From: Crassaminicella indica | GTDB lineage: Bacteria; Bacillota; Clostridia; Peptostreptococcales; Thermotaleaceae | NCBI RefSeq assembly: GCF_019203185.1 | Contig: NZ_CP078093.1 | Location: 2,700,389-2,732,388 of the forward strand | Direction of reading: 5' to 3' | Length of the DNA stretch: 32,000 nucleotides | In this document: positions 10,368-19,230 of the stretch, piece by piece | Layout: each line of letters starts with the position of its first letter | Position numbering within the stretch: the first letter of the stretch is position 1 | Program-made: the position numbers and the translations under genes | The notes under the pieces: model-generated | Seen by the model: the letters and a program-made list of their open reading frames with translations, nothing else | Database searches by the model: none | What the model was told of the DNA's origin: nothing

Positions 10368-11954
10368 ATGAAATTAACAAAAAAAACAATTATTTTAGGG
10401 CTTATTAGTATAACAATTATTTTTAGTATAGCATATATCTTAAATAATCTAAAATTTATTTCTACCACTGAGCAATCAACTGATAGTAAAAAGATAAAAA
10501 ACACAAAATATACACTCAATGATCTTCCAAAAGATATTATTAAACATATTAAGTCCAATAGAATCACTAGTGATTTATCTAAAGAAGAGATGAAAGAAAA
10601 TTTTAAAAAATGTTTATATAAATATACTAGCTTAGATGAAGGATTAGATAAGATTCCTAAGAATGATCAAATTAAAGGAAATCCTTCAGACTCCTTATTA
10701 ACTCAACAGAATATGCTTAAATATGAAGAATGTGTGGAAGATATAAACTATCTTTTTACAAATCTAAAGTATGGATATCCTGGATATGAATATTTTGGTG
10801 GAGATGACAGATTTAATAAATCAAAAAGTAAAATCTTAAAAGAAATAAACCAATTTAAAGATGAAAATGAAAGAATAGAGACAATTCAATTCAATTTAAT
10901 TGTTATTAGGAATTTAAAATTCATTAAGGATGGACATTTTATAGTAAATTATATGCCTCTTACTAATACTACATATACATTTATGAATATAAATAATTCT
11001 ATTTTAAAAGATCGTGATAATTACTATATAAAAGATAACAACAAAATGTACTCCATAGTATCTATTGAAGAAAAAGATCCATCCTATTATATAAAGCCAT
11101 CTCTTGATGATGATGGAAAAATTATATATAAAATTGTGTATTTAAAAGATGTTATAAATTCTGCATTATACATTAATATGGTTCTTAATGATGAAGAATC
11201 AGAAATTCTAAAGAAAGTGAAACTTAAAAGGGTAATTCCCCCCTCAAAGAAAATAAAATTGAAAAACTATATATTTAAAAAAATTCAAGGTATACCAATA
11301 TTTAAAGTTACTTCTTTTGGAAAAGAATTAAAATCATTTCAAGAGGACGGTTTGAGATATTCAGATGAGAATATTGCCATATTAGATTTAAGAGGTAATA
11401 AAGGAGGTGCAATCTTTGATGGTTGTAAATGGATTTCGAACTTTACTAATAATAAGGTAGATTCTTTTAAACTTATTAAGTCTGCATTACTTACTAAAGT
11501 TTGTAAAAAGCGAATATCTGATAACTTTACTACAAATAACAACCTGAAAAAAGTAGACCTAAAGGATTTTTATGCTGGTATTGATTCCTCTAATTTAGTT
11601 GGTTGGTCAAAAATAAGGATTCCTGAATTAGGATACTTGAAAAATGATAAGATTATTATTGTTCTCTTTGACAAAAATACTGCATCAGCTAGTGAAAACA
11701 TGATTAGTACGTTAAGTAAAATGGATAACACCATTTTCATAGGAATGAATTCAGCTGGTGCATTAAATATACCTGGTCTAGGGATTAACATTCTTCCAAA
11801 TTCTAAGTTAACAGTTCAATTTGGATCTTTCATATTAATGGAACCAGACTTTGTTTGGAGAGATGGCATTGGATATTTCCCTGATTTTTGGGTTGAATCT
11901 GATGATGCTTTAGATAAAGCCATTAGGTTTATAAATAATTATATAAAGAAATAA
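10368..11954 (+). CDS. S41-family (tail-specific/C-terminal processing type) serine peptidase with N-terminal membrane anchor
   Basis: RBS GAGGGAG. TM helix IILGLISITIIFSIAYIL. S41 signatures LDLRGNKGGA and NTASASENM (catalytic Ser region). Confidence 0.7.
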   Translation: MKLTKKTIILGLISITIIFSIAYILNNLKFISTTEQSTDSKKIKNTKYTLNDLPKDIIKHIKSNRITSDLSKEEMKENFKKCLYKYTSLDEGLDKIPKNDQIKGNPSDSLLTQQNMLKYEECVEDINYLFTNLKYGYPGYEYFGGDDRFNKSKSKILKEINQFKDENERIETIQFNLIVIRNLKFIKDGHFIVNYMPLTNTTYTFMNINNSILKDRDNYYIKDNNKMYSIVSIEEKDPSYYIKPSLDDDGKIIYKIVYLKDVINSALYINMVLNDEESEILKKVKLKRVIPPSKKIKLKNYIFKKIQGIPIFKVTSFGKELKSFQEDGLRYSDENIAILDLRGNKGGAIFDGCKWISNFTNNKVDSFKLIKSALLTKVCKKRISDNFTTNNNLKKVDLKDFYAGIDSSNLVGWSKIRIPELGYLKNDKIIIVLFDKNTASASENMISTLSKMDNTIFIGMNSAGALNIPGLGINILPNSKLTVQFGSFILMEPDFVWRDGIGYFPDFWVESDDALDKAIRFINNYIKK

Positions 11955-12030
11955 TTAAATGATAATAGAATAGTGATACTGGGCAGCTCCGTTTTTTCTG
12001 AAAAAAGTTATCAAACCTTACTTTAGTGTT

Positions 12031-12760
12031 TTGTCTAAAATAATACTAGTCCACTGTAACATTTAATTTCTAGTCCACTGAATCTACTTCTAAAATCCTG
12101 TCTATAATCTTGAATAATATCATATTGATGTATATAAGAGATCGCAAATCTCAAAGACAAATAAGTAAAGAAACTGGTATATCTAGAGACACCCTAAGAA
12201 AATACATCAGAAAATATGAAAACAAATTAATAGAACTAGGAAAAATCAACAAAGGAGATGATATGAATAAGGTGGACCTTATATGAGATATAATTTTGCC
12301 TCCCAAGTATAAAACTGGCCCAAGAACTAAAAAAGCTATGACAGATGAAGTTATAGAAAGAATTAAATATTACTTAAAAGAGAATGAAAATAAAAGGTTA
12401 ATGGGATTATCTAAGCAACAGAAGAAAAAAGTTGATATACATCAAGCCTTATTAGCCGAAGGCTTTGGAATTAGCTATACTAGTGTTGTAAATACTATAA
12501 ATAATATTGAAAAAGTAGCCAAAGAAGCCTTTATTAAGCAAGAATATTCTAAAGGTGATGCTGCGGAATTTGATTGGGAAACTGTGAAATTATACACCGA
12601 AGGTAGTGTTTTAAGAGAATATCAAATGGCCATATTTACATCTGCCTACGGCAATTATAGATAGGCTAGATTATTCCCTAAACAAAATACATATTGCTTT
12701 TCAGAAGCTCACGTTTTATTCTTTGACCATATTCAAGGTGCTTACAGAACTGTAGTATAC
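12031..12760 (+). pseudogene. IS21-family remnant: terminal repeats plus broken istA N-terminal half
   Basis: Terminal region with direct repeats ctagtccactg at 12046-12056 and 12070-12080 (IS21-type multiple terminal repeats). HTH part SQRQISKETGISRDTLRKYIRKYE, then ORF 12296..12664 (..DIHQALLAEGFGISYTSV..EFDWETVKLY..), a stop, ..FSEAHVLFFDHIQGAYRTVVY, then an abrupt junction at 12760. Confidence 0.7.
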
Positions 12761-12880
12761 GAGTTTATGAGATTTTATAATGAACGTAGAATTCATTCTA
12801 GTATTAATGATATGTCTCCAAAAGAATTTTATGAAGCAAGTCAGAAAAACAAAATAAAAACTAAGGAAATACACTTATAA
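12761..12880 (+). pseudogene. IS3-family transposase C-terminal fragment (39 codons)
   Basis: EFMRFYNERRIHSSINDMSPKEFYEASQKNKIKTKEIHL* is the conserved rve-domain tail (YNxxRxHSxL/I..SPxxF). Confidence 0.6.
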
Positions 12881-12944
12881 CAAAGGTATTTTAAGAATGA
12901 AAGAGCTAATAGTACTTATTGTTCAAAAATAAGGGGTTGATCCG

Positions 12945-13453
12945 AATGATACTTAATCCATCAATACTTTTCCTAAGATCAGTAGCCCCACAAGCTAAGT
13001 ATACTGTATCTATTTTATTTATATTTAACATGTCTTCATAATCGCTTCCAAAACGGATGATATTGAAGCCTTGTCATTATTTTGAATATATATTTTGGCT
13101 TTTCCTATCTCAATTTTAATACTATTTGTTGGATACGATGTAGATGTAGTAGATACGTTTTTAGAAGTTTTTTCTTTAAGGTTGACAGCATGAAATACCT
13201 GATGATCTTTCTTTTTGATATTTTTTCTTCTGTAATATAGTTGATGGATGCTAATGTTATTTTTTTTGCAAAAAGACCTAATAGTTCCTTTATGTAAAGA
13301 AAATCTATTTAAAATATCTTCCCTGTCAATAGCTGGTGATTCTTCTTTCATAACAGGTAACTCCTCCTATATCTCCTATATAATAGATTTTGTTATCTGT
13401 TATTCTAGCAAAGTAAGATACAAACTACTAGGCAGAAAATCTTTGACGGTTAC
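12945..13453 (-). mobile_element. IS66-family left-end remnant (terminus, tnpA, first ~29 codons of tnpB)
   Basis: The terminal sequence ...aaatctttgacggttac (ending ~13453) is shared with the copy ending ~21231. The tnpB start MLNINKIDTVYLACGATDLRKSIDGLSII (rc of 12945-13031) stops abruptly at 12945. Confidence 0.8.
13025..13351 (-). CDS. tnpA: IS66-family TnpA (orf1), apparently intact 108 aa
   Basis: HTH-like GTIRSFCKKNNISIHQLYYRRK. Its stop overlaps the tnpB start, as in IS66 elements. Confidence 0.75.
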   Translation of the reverse strand: MKEESPAIDREDILNRFSLHKGTIRSFCKKNNISIHQLYYRRKNIKKKDHQVFHAVNLKEKTSKNVSTTSTSYPTNSIKIEIGKAKIYIQNNDKASISSVLEAIMKTC

Positions 13454-13919
13454 GAATAATGTTTAAAACAAGAAGCAGCAAATCTAAGAGCTAAAATATA
13501 TGAGGAGTTTTAATTAATATGCATCCATAAATTCTTTTCTCAAACTATATACACTACATAATAGACATATAAACAAAGATGAATCTCTTGATTTTACAGG
13601 AACTCATCTTTGTTAGTTAAGATAATCCGACAAAACTCACCGCTAAGACAATATATGGGGATAATTATTGAATTTTTTTCACATTAATTATTTATCAGCG
13701 AAGATGTCATCAAGGGCTAAGTAATTTCCAATATATACAATTTACTTTATCCCTAGATGCACGGATGATCCTATTACCCCATGTTGAAAGAAACTCAAAA
13801 CACAAGTAATATAAATTTTTCCATTCATTCTACAAAATTCTGCTTTTTTTTTAAGTTGTTTATATTATTATTATTATAAATGCAGTTTTATTTGTAATCA
13901 AATAGAAAGGAAGATTTGC

Positions 13920-14387
13920 ATGTTCTCAATACCATTAGCTACGGCTGTAATGATAGGTTGGCCAGAAATATTTATAATGCTTATAATGGGATTTTACTTA
14001 TCAAATATAAGAAAACTAAACATATTCAAATTACTGTTTATAGCATTTATACAAGCTATTATTACCTACCAGGTAAGAAAGCTAACTGGAATATTTGGAA
14101 TACATACCATTGTACATATGATTACATTGACTTTATTGGTTTATTTTATTCTAAATATAAGCTTTTATAAAGCTGCAATCCCTGTTCTAATGGGAACTGT
14201 ATTAGAAGGAATGATTCAAAGCAGTATGTTACCGAATATTTTAAACTTTTGTAAAATTGATGTATGTAATTTAGCACAAAAACCTAAGGATATAACTTTG
14301 TGTTTTATGCCTATTTTTATAGTTTCATTTTTGTTTATATTTCTTATTAAAAAATTTAATCTCTCCTTATGGGATGTTGAAAAATAG
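13920..14387 (+). CDS. agrC: AgrC-like sensor module: polytopic membrane protein (155 aa), the N-terminal half of a split AgrC
   Basis: RBS GAAAGGAAG. About 5 hydrophobic helices and no soluble domain. Ends at TAG directly after an A5 run (14380-14384). The next ORF, in the -1 frame, opens at 14381. Confidence 0.6.
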   Translation: MFSIPLATAVMIGWPEIFIMLIMGFYLSNIRKLNIFKLLFIAFIQAIITYQVRKLTGIFGIHTIVHMITLTLLVYFILNISFYKAAIPVLMGTVLEGMIQSSMLPNILNFCKIDVCNLAQKPKDITLCFMPIFIVSFLFIFLIKKFNLSLWDVEK

Positions 14388-14398
14388 AAGGTGTTATA

Positions 14399-15268
14399 TT
14401 GAAAATATTTAACATTTATATGCTTATTATTACGATTCTTTTACAACTAACAGTAATTTTAATGTTTAATACATCTATTGAAACTGCTACATCCCTTGAA
14501 AATCTCAAAAGGTGTATACCATTTTTCAACTTATTAATAATGATTTTAACTTTTTTTGTTATTTTTTCTATAAAAAAAATAAATGAATATAGAAACAAAG
14601 AAATTGAAAATAAATTATTAAAAACCTACTTAAGTAATGTAGAAAGTATACTTACTTTATTTCGAAAACAAAGACATAGCTATATCAACCATATACAAAC
14701 CATAAAATCTATGAGCTATTTAGAAGAGTATAATGATTTAATAGATTATTTAGAAGGGATTTCAGAAGAATATAGAAATGTTTCTGAATTAATCAGAGTA
14801 GGAAATCCAGCTCTTACAGCTTTATTGAATATAAAAAAGGAAATTGCAGAAAAAAAAGGCGTGAATGTATATATTAAGTGTAAATACAAAACAAATTTTG
14901 AATGGATTAGACCTTGGGATCTTTGTGATATGGTAGGGAATTTAATAGATAATGCAATTGAAGGGGCTACGATACTCACTAATTCCAAAAAATGGATAAA
15001 AGTAAAAATCGATAAATCTGAAAATAAATATATCTTACAAATAGAGAATACAGGAAAATTAGATAAAAATATTCCTACAGAAGAGTTATTTAAAGCAGGT
15101 ATTTCTACTAAAAATGCGACCAGCCGAGGGTACGGACTATATATCGTAAAACAAATCGTTGAAAAATATCATGGAACTGTAAGCATAGAAGAAACAGAAG
15201 ATGAAACCGTATTGGTAACATTAGTGCTAATAGAAGGAGTACAAGAAAATGTTGAAAAGATTATCTGA
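14399..15268 (+). CDS. agrC: AgrC-like histidine kinase (2 TM helices, HPK10-type DHp and GHKL ATPase), the C-terminal half
   Basis: TTG start. H-box RKQRHSYINHIQTI, N-box DMVGNLIDNAIEG, G-box TSRGYGLYIVKQIV. Only 2 N-terminal TM helices, too few for a stand-alone AgrC sensor. Confidence 0.8.
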   Translation: MKIFNIYMLIITILLQLTVILMFNTSIETATSLENLKRCIPFFNLLIMILTFFVIFSIKKINEYRNKEIENKLLKTYLSNVESILTLFRKQRHSYINHIQTIKSMSYLEEYNDLIDYLEGISEEYRNVSELIRVGNPALTALLNIKKEIAEKKGVNVYIKCKYKTNFEWIRPWDLCDMVGNLIDNAIEGATILTNSKKWIKVKIDKSENKYILQIENTGKLDKNIPTEELFKAGISTKNATSRGYGLYIVKQIVEKYHGTVSIEETEDETVLVTLVLIEGVQENVEKII

Positions 15269-15887
15269 TACAATAGCTATTTACATAAGCAAAAATTTAA
15301 AAAGTGATAGGGATAAAATAGAGATTTATTCCTATGGACTACAAATATTTTTAGGAACAGCTTTCGAAATCATATTTATTATTATTACTGCTTATTTGCT
15401 TAATACCTTAAAATCTACAATTGTTGTATTAGTGTCTTTTATTCTTTTTAGAAGGTTATTAGGGGGGACTCACTGCACTATTTATAGAAACTGTTTTTTT
15501 GTAAGTGGGTTTAGTATGCTTTTATTAGGATTTATAGGTGATCAAGTAGTCTTATCATCTAAATACTTATTCGTTTTACTTGGATTAGCTTATATATTCT
15601 CTGTCATACAAACCATTAGATATATTCCAATGGGAACAGAGAAGAAAATGATAAAAAATTCAAATACTCGTTTAAAAATCAAAATACAAACAATACTACT
15701 TTTAAGTTTTTGGATGATCATCATTTATTTATTAAAAGATAAAGTTTCATCAAAATATATATTTTCTAGTTTATTAGGGGTAATTGGTGCATTTTTCTTT
15801 AGCACCCCTTTTAGTTATAAAATCATTAATCATTTAGAAATTTACTTGAATTTCTTAACAAAAGGAGGAAAAAAACAAAATGTTTAA
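15249..15887 (+). CDS. agrB: AgrB accessory gene regulator protein B (AgrD-processing membrane endopeptidase)
   Basis: MLKRLSDTIAIYISKNLK...IEIYSYGLQIFLG...FRRLLGGTHCTIYRNCF carries the catalytic His and Cys. Four or more TM segments. Overlaps the kinase stop by 20 nt and the agrD start by 8 nt. Confidence 0.85.
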   Translation: MLKRLSDTIAIYISKNLKSDRDKIEIYSYGLQIFLGTAFEIIFIIITAYLLNTLKSTIVVLVSFILFRRLLGGTHCTIYRNCFFVSGFSMLLLGFIGDQVVLSSKYLFVLLGLAYIFSVIQTIRYIPMGTEKKMIKNSNTRLKIKIQTILLLSFWMIIIYLLKDKVSSKYIFSSLLGVIGAFFFSTPFSYKIINHLEIYLNFLTKGGKKQNV

Positions 15888-16020
15888 ATCAATGAGAAGA
15901 AATTTATTAGCTCTTGTTGCTGGGGTAGTCACTATGGTAGCTATGACAGGTGTAAGTACTGCATGTACATGGGGAGTTTACGAGCCTGAAATACCTGAAA
16001 GTATTAGAAAGGAACTTTAA
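15880..16020 (+). CDS. agrD: AgrD autoinducing-peptide precursor (46 aa), below the ORF-track size cut-off
   Basis: RBS AAAGGAGGAA at 15861-15870. MFKSMRRNLLALVAGVVTMVAMTGVSTACTWGVYEPEIPESIRKEL* has an amphipathic N-terminal helix, a single Cys, and an acidic Pro-containing C-terminal tail (EPEIPE..KEL) like staphylococcal and clostridial AgrD. Confidence 0.8.
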   Translation: MFKSMRRNLLALVAGVVTMVAMTGVSTACTWGVYEPEIPESIRKEL

Positions 16021-16031
16021 TTTAAAAGTAT

Positions 16032-16742
16032 ATGATGAATATATTAATATGTGATGATGATCTATATACAAGAAAAATGCTAGAAAAAATAGTATCACAA
16101 AATCCTTTTGTAGATACTGTTTTTCTTGCAAAGGATGGCGTAGAAGCAATTAATATGATTAAAAATGAATCTATTGATATTGCATTAATGGATATTGATA
16201 TGCCTAATCTAGATGGCATAGATGCAGCAAAAATGATGAGTAATTTATCTTCTAAAACTAGATTTATTTTTATTACTGCGTATATGGAGCATGCTATTGA
16301 ATCTTTTAGCGTACATCCTTATGATTATCTTTTAAAGCCAATAGATATTTCAAAATTTAAATATACACTTAATAATCTTATAATCATTGTTATGGAGGAT
16401 TTTAAAGAGAATGGTATTAGAAAGATTACTATAAAAGATAAAAGTAAAATATCTGTTGTTCCACTAAAAGAGATATTATATTTTGAAAAGGTAGATAGGG
16501 ATGTATTGGTACATACTCAAAAAGAAGAGTATACCTTAAGTAAAACATTAACTGAACTAGAAGATAAACTTAATAGTAGTTTTTGTAGAGTGCATCAATC
16601 GTTTATAGTAAATATAGAAAAAATAAAGACAATTACAAATATGGGAAACAGATCTTATCAAATTGAATTTACAGGATCTGAAAAAACTGCTTTAATGAGT
16701 AGATATAAGTTTGAGAAGTTAAAGAAGATTGTAATTTTTTAG
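16032..16742 (+). CDS. agrA: LytTR-family response regulator (AgrA-like)
   Basis: Receiver domain ILICDDD...ALMDIDMPNLDG...FITAY. C-terminal LytTR-type domain ..ILYFEKVDRDVLVHTQKEEYTLSKTLTELEDKL..FCRVHQSFIVNIEKI. Confidence 0.85.
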   Translation: MMNILICDDDLYTRKMLEKIVSQNPFVDTVFLAKDGVEAINMIKNESIDIALMDIDMPNLDGIDAAKMMSNLSSKTRFIFITAYMEHAIESFSVHPYDYLLKPIDISKFKYTLNNLIIIVMEDFKENGIRKITIKDKSKISVVPLKEILYFEKVDRDVLVHTQKEEYTLSKTLTELEDKLNSSFCRVHQSFIVNIEKIKTITNMGNRSYQIEFTGSEKTALMSRYKFEKLKKIVIF

Positions 16743-16870
16743 AATCGGGGAACGCCGAGATACATGTAAAAAGGGTTCTGGTGCAAAAAATATTAAATGC
16801 TAAAGTAATTTTCTTTCCAATTTTACTTTATGTCATTAAACCAAATAAATTATTGACTTGTGCAAAAATT

Positions 16871-17285
16871 CTAGGGCGTTAGCCCAAAGATTTTATATGA
16901 TTCATACAAGTTGATATTAATTGAAGCTAATATATATGTCCATATAATTATATACTTAAAGGTATCCCCTTTAAATAACTGTATTATATCTCCAAGCGTT
17001 AGCTTAGATTTTTCTTGATTTACTCTAGCTCGATAGATCTCTAACAAAGTGTAGGCTAAATATACAACCATCCAAAACCTTGTAAGGCCTTTTAGTTTAC
17101 GCATTTGATAATGCTTTAATCTTAATCTGTCTTTGAGATATAGAAATAATATTTCTATTTCCCAACGATTAGAATAATACTTTAAAATGGCTTTGTTACT
17201 AAGCTCTGTGTCGGTAGATAAAATAGATACTGTTTTAGGATTGCTTTATTAGCTTCAGAACATATTAGAACTACAGCATTCGGAT
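16871..17285 (-). pseudogene. IS4-family transposase C-terminal fragment
   Basis: The reverse frame reads ..TDTELSNKAILKYYSNRWEIEILFLYLKDRLRLKHYQMRKLKG.. and contains an exact IS4 Y-(2)-R-(3)-E-(6)-K signature. An upstream in-frame stop is present, and the fragment is cut at 17285/17286 by the IS3 terminus. Confidence 0.7.
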
Positions 17286-18346
17286 TGACCCCCTATTATT
17301 GGACACTATCTTAAATTTTCTTAAGATAACATAGTATTTCAGCTTTTTCTAAAGTTGTCATGTAACTCTCGGTCTGCCCTTGACATTGAGCCTTTGTATT
17401 CATGATGTAATGCTCTTAAGGCAGCATTAAAAGTGAAAGAGCTTGCCTTGTTAATAGGCTATCATGCATGCCCTAAATATCAAGGGTACGCTCTGCCAGA
17501 CCTAAGTATAGCTTTTATAGCGCAATATGAACTTTCTCATTTGTATTCTGTAAATATTCATAATACTCATTTGGAGGCATAAACTTTGTAGATGAATGGA
17601 TTCTTTTCGTATTATATTTTTTGACGAACTCATTAACTTCTCTATAAGCTTGAGCATAATTTTCAAATTCATTGATTCCTAAACACTCATCTTCTAAGAT
17701 ACGATGATATGCTTCTATATATGCATTCATGTTTGGCGTATTATATGGAATTCTTTCATGTTCTATATTTAAATCTTTACAAGCAGTATTGTAAGCATTG
17801 CTAATATATTGAGGGCCATTATCTGATCGAATAATAGGCTTGCTTTTAACATCATATAATTGTCTTTTTAGTAATGCTGTTTTAATCACTCTAATTCCAT
17901 CTTCTGCTGTGCAACTAAGACCTATATGGTATGCAATAATGTTTCGATCAGCTACATCTATCATGCTCATAATGTAAAAAAATCTATCTTCGCCTGCTAT
18001 ATATCCATATTTTATATCTATTTCCCATAGTTGATTAGATCCTGTAACAATTCTATTTTTTGCGAGTTTTCTTGGATATTTTGGTTTGATTTTTCTTTGT
18101 TGTTTTAATATGTTCAGCTCTTTGCAAAGCCTGTATACTTTTTTCTTGTTTATGATTAAATTGCAATTTCTTCTCAACGCATATGTTAATTTTAAGTAAC
18201 CGTAGGAATATCCTTCGTCTTCAATAATTTGAATAATATATTCCTTGATTTGTTCATCGGATACCTTTTTCCCATTATTGGTTTTTGAATATCCTGGTAT
18301 AGCTCGTCCAGGAGCTTTACCTTTCGCTTGAGATTTTTTTGTCACG
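17286..18346 (-). mobile_element. IS3-family element, 5'-truncated (orfB 17515..18345 only; orfA and left end replaced by IS21)
   Basis: Terminus TGACCCCC at 17286. The orfB rve domain has WEIDIKYG.., SDNGPQY.., YNTKRIHSS... The annotated start is only a GTG one base from the IS21 terminus, so the reading frame is cut. Confidence 0.75.
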
Positions 18347-18435
18347 TGATAGTAGTGTTAATGTCAATACAAATTCCTCAAAAAAGGGAAGATTTTTTCC
18401 CCACCTAAAAAATATAAAAAAATAAATAATTGATT

Positions 18436-19230
18436 TTAAGTTTCAATCTCAGATGATTTTTTATTAGTTACTTCATTATTTTGAAACATAGACTTAATTA
18501 CACCTTCACGTTGTTTCATTCTATAACTTTCACCTTTAATTACAATAAAATGGCAATGATGTATAAACCTATCTAATATAGCAGTAGCTAATACTGGATC
18601 ATAAAAGATTCTTGCCCATTCTTCAAAAACTTTATTTGATGTAATTATTATTGAGCCTTTTTCATACCTTCTTGATATAATTTCATAAAAGTCATCAACA
18701 CTATTTTGATTAAGTTTTTTAAGTCCTAATTCATCCAATATTAGCAAATCTGGGCTTGTATAATATCTTAGTTTTTGCCTAAATGAATTATCAGCTCTTG
18801 ACATATATAGCTCTTCGAGCATTTCATTTACAGTTGTAAATACTACTTTATAGCCTTGTGTAATAGCTTTAAGACCTAGAGCTATTGCTAAATGCGTTTT
18901 TCCTGTGCCCGGAGGGCCTATTAATGCTATATTTTCTTTTTTACGTACAAATTCACAAGTACTAAGATTATACACAAACCTTTTATTAATTGTAGGTTGA
19001 TAATTAAAATTATACTCTTCTAATGTTTTATGCTGTGGAAATTTAGCTTTTCTAATTCTATTTTTATTGCTATTATTTTGTCTATTTAAGATTTCATCAT
19101 TTATTAATAATTCAAAAAATTCAATATATGACAAATCGCTTTTTATAGCTTCTTCATTTCTCGAATCAAGTGTTTTTACTATACCTGAAAGCTTCAGATT
19201 TTTTAATCTAGACATTAGCATATCATTCAT
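18436..19230 (-). CDS. istB: IS21 helper ATPase IstB
   Basis: Walker A GPPGTGKTH, Walker B LLILDELG, 264 aa. The start overlaps the istA stop. Confidence 0.9.
   Translation of the reverse strand: MNDMLMSRLKNLKLSGIVKTLDSRNEEAIKSDLSYIEFFELLINDEILNRQNNSNKNRIRKAKFPQHKTLEEYNFNYQPTINKRFVYNLSTCEFVRKKENIALIGPPGTGKTHLAIALGLKAITQGYKVVFTTVNEMLEELYMSRADNSFRQKLRYYTSPDLLILDELGLKKLNQNSVDDFYEIISRRYEKGSIIITSNKVFEEWARIFYDPVLATAILDRFIHHCHFIVIKGESYRMKQREGVIKSMFQNNEVTNKKSSEIET

Noticed and set aside
12046-12080. Direct repeats ctagtccactg spaced 24 bp apart (checked as a possible CRISPR or operator array)
   Set aside because: There are only two copies, located at the terminus of an IS21-family remnant directly upstream of its istA HTH. 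This matches the multiple terminal repeats typical of IS21 ends, not a CRISPR array.
13572-13647. 11-bp stem hairpin (aacaaagatga ... tcatctttgtt) and AGTTAAG / CGCTAAG half-sites, considered as LytTR (AgrA-type) boxes upstream of the agr cassette
   Set aside because: The half-sites are 26 bp apart rather than the ~21-bp periodicity of AgrA boxes and are poorly matched. The hairpin has a 21-nt loop and no T-run. The region lies ~300 bp from the first agr gene. Too weak to call.
13916-14170. 84-aa ORF overlapping the agrC sensor ORF in another frame
   Set aside because: The 13920 frame gives a coherent 5-helix membrane protein with a good RBS and continues (after the A5 tract) into the kinase. 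The 13916 frame is Tyr/Asn-rich with no features.
15907-16219. Two minus-strand ORFs (15907..16149, 16022..16219)
   Set aside because: They are antisense to agrD and the LytTR regulator, both of which have strong motif support.
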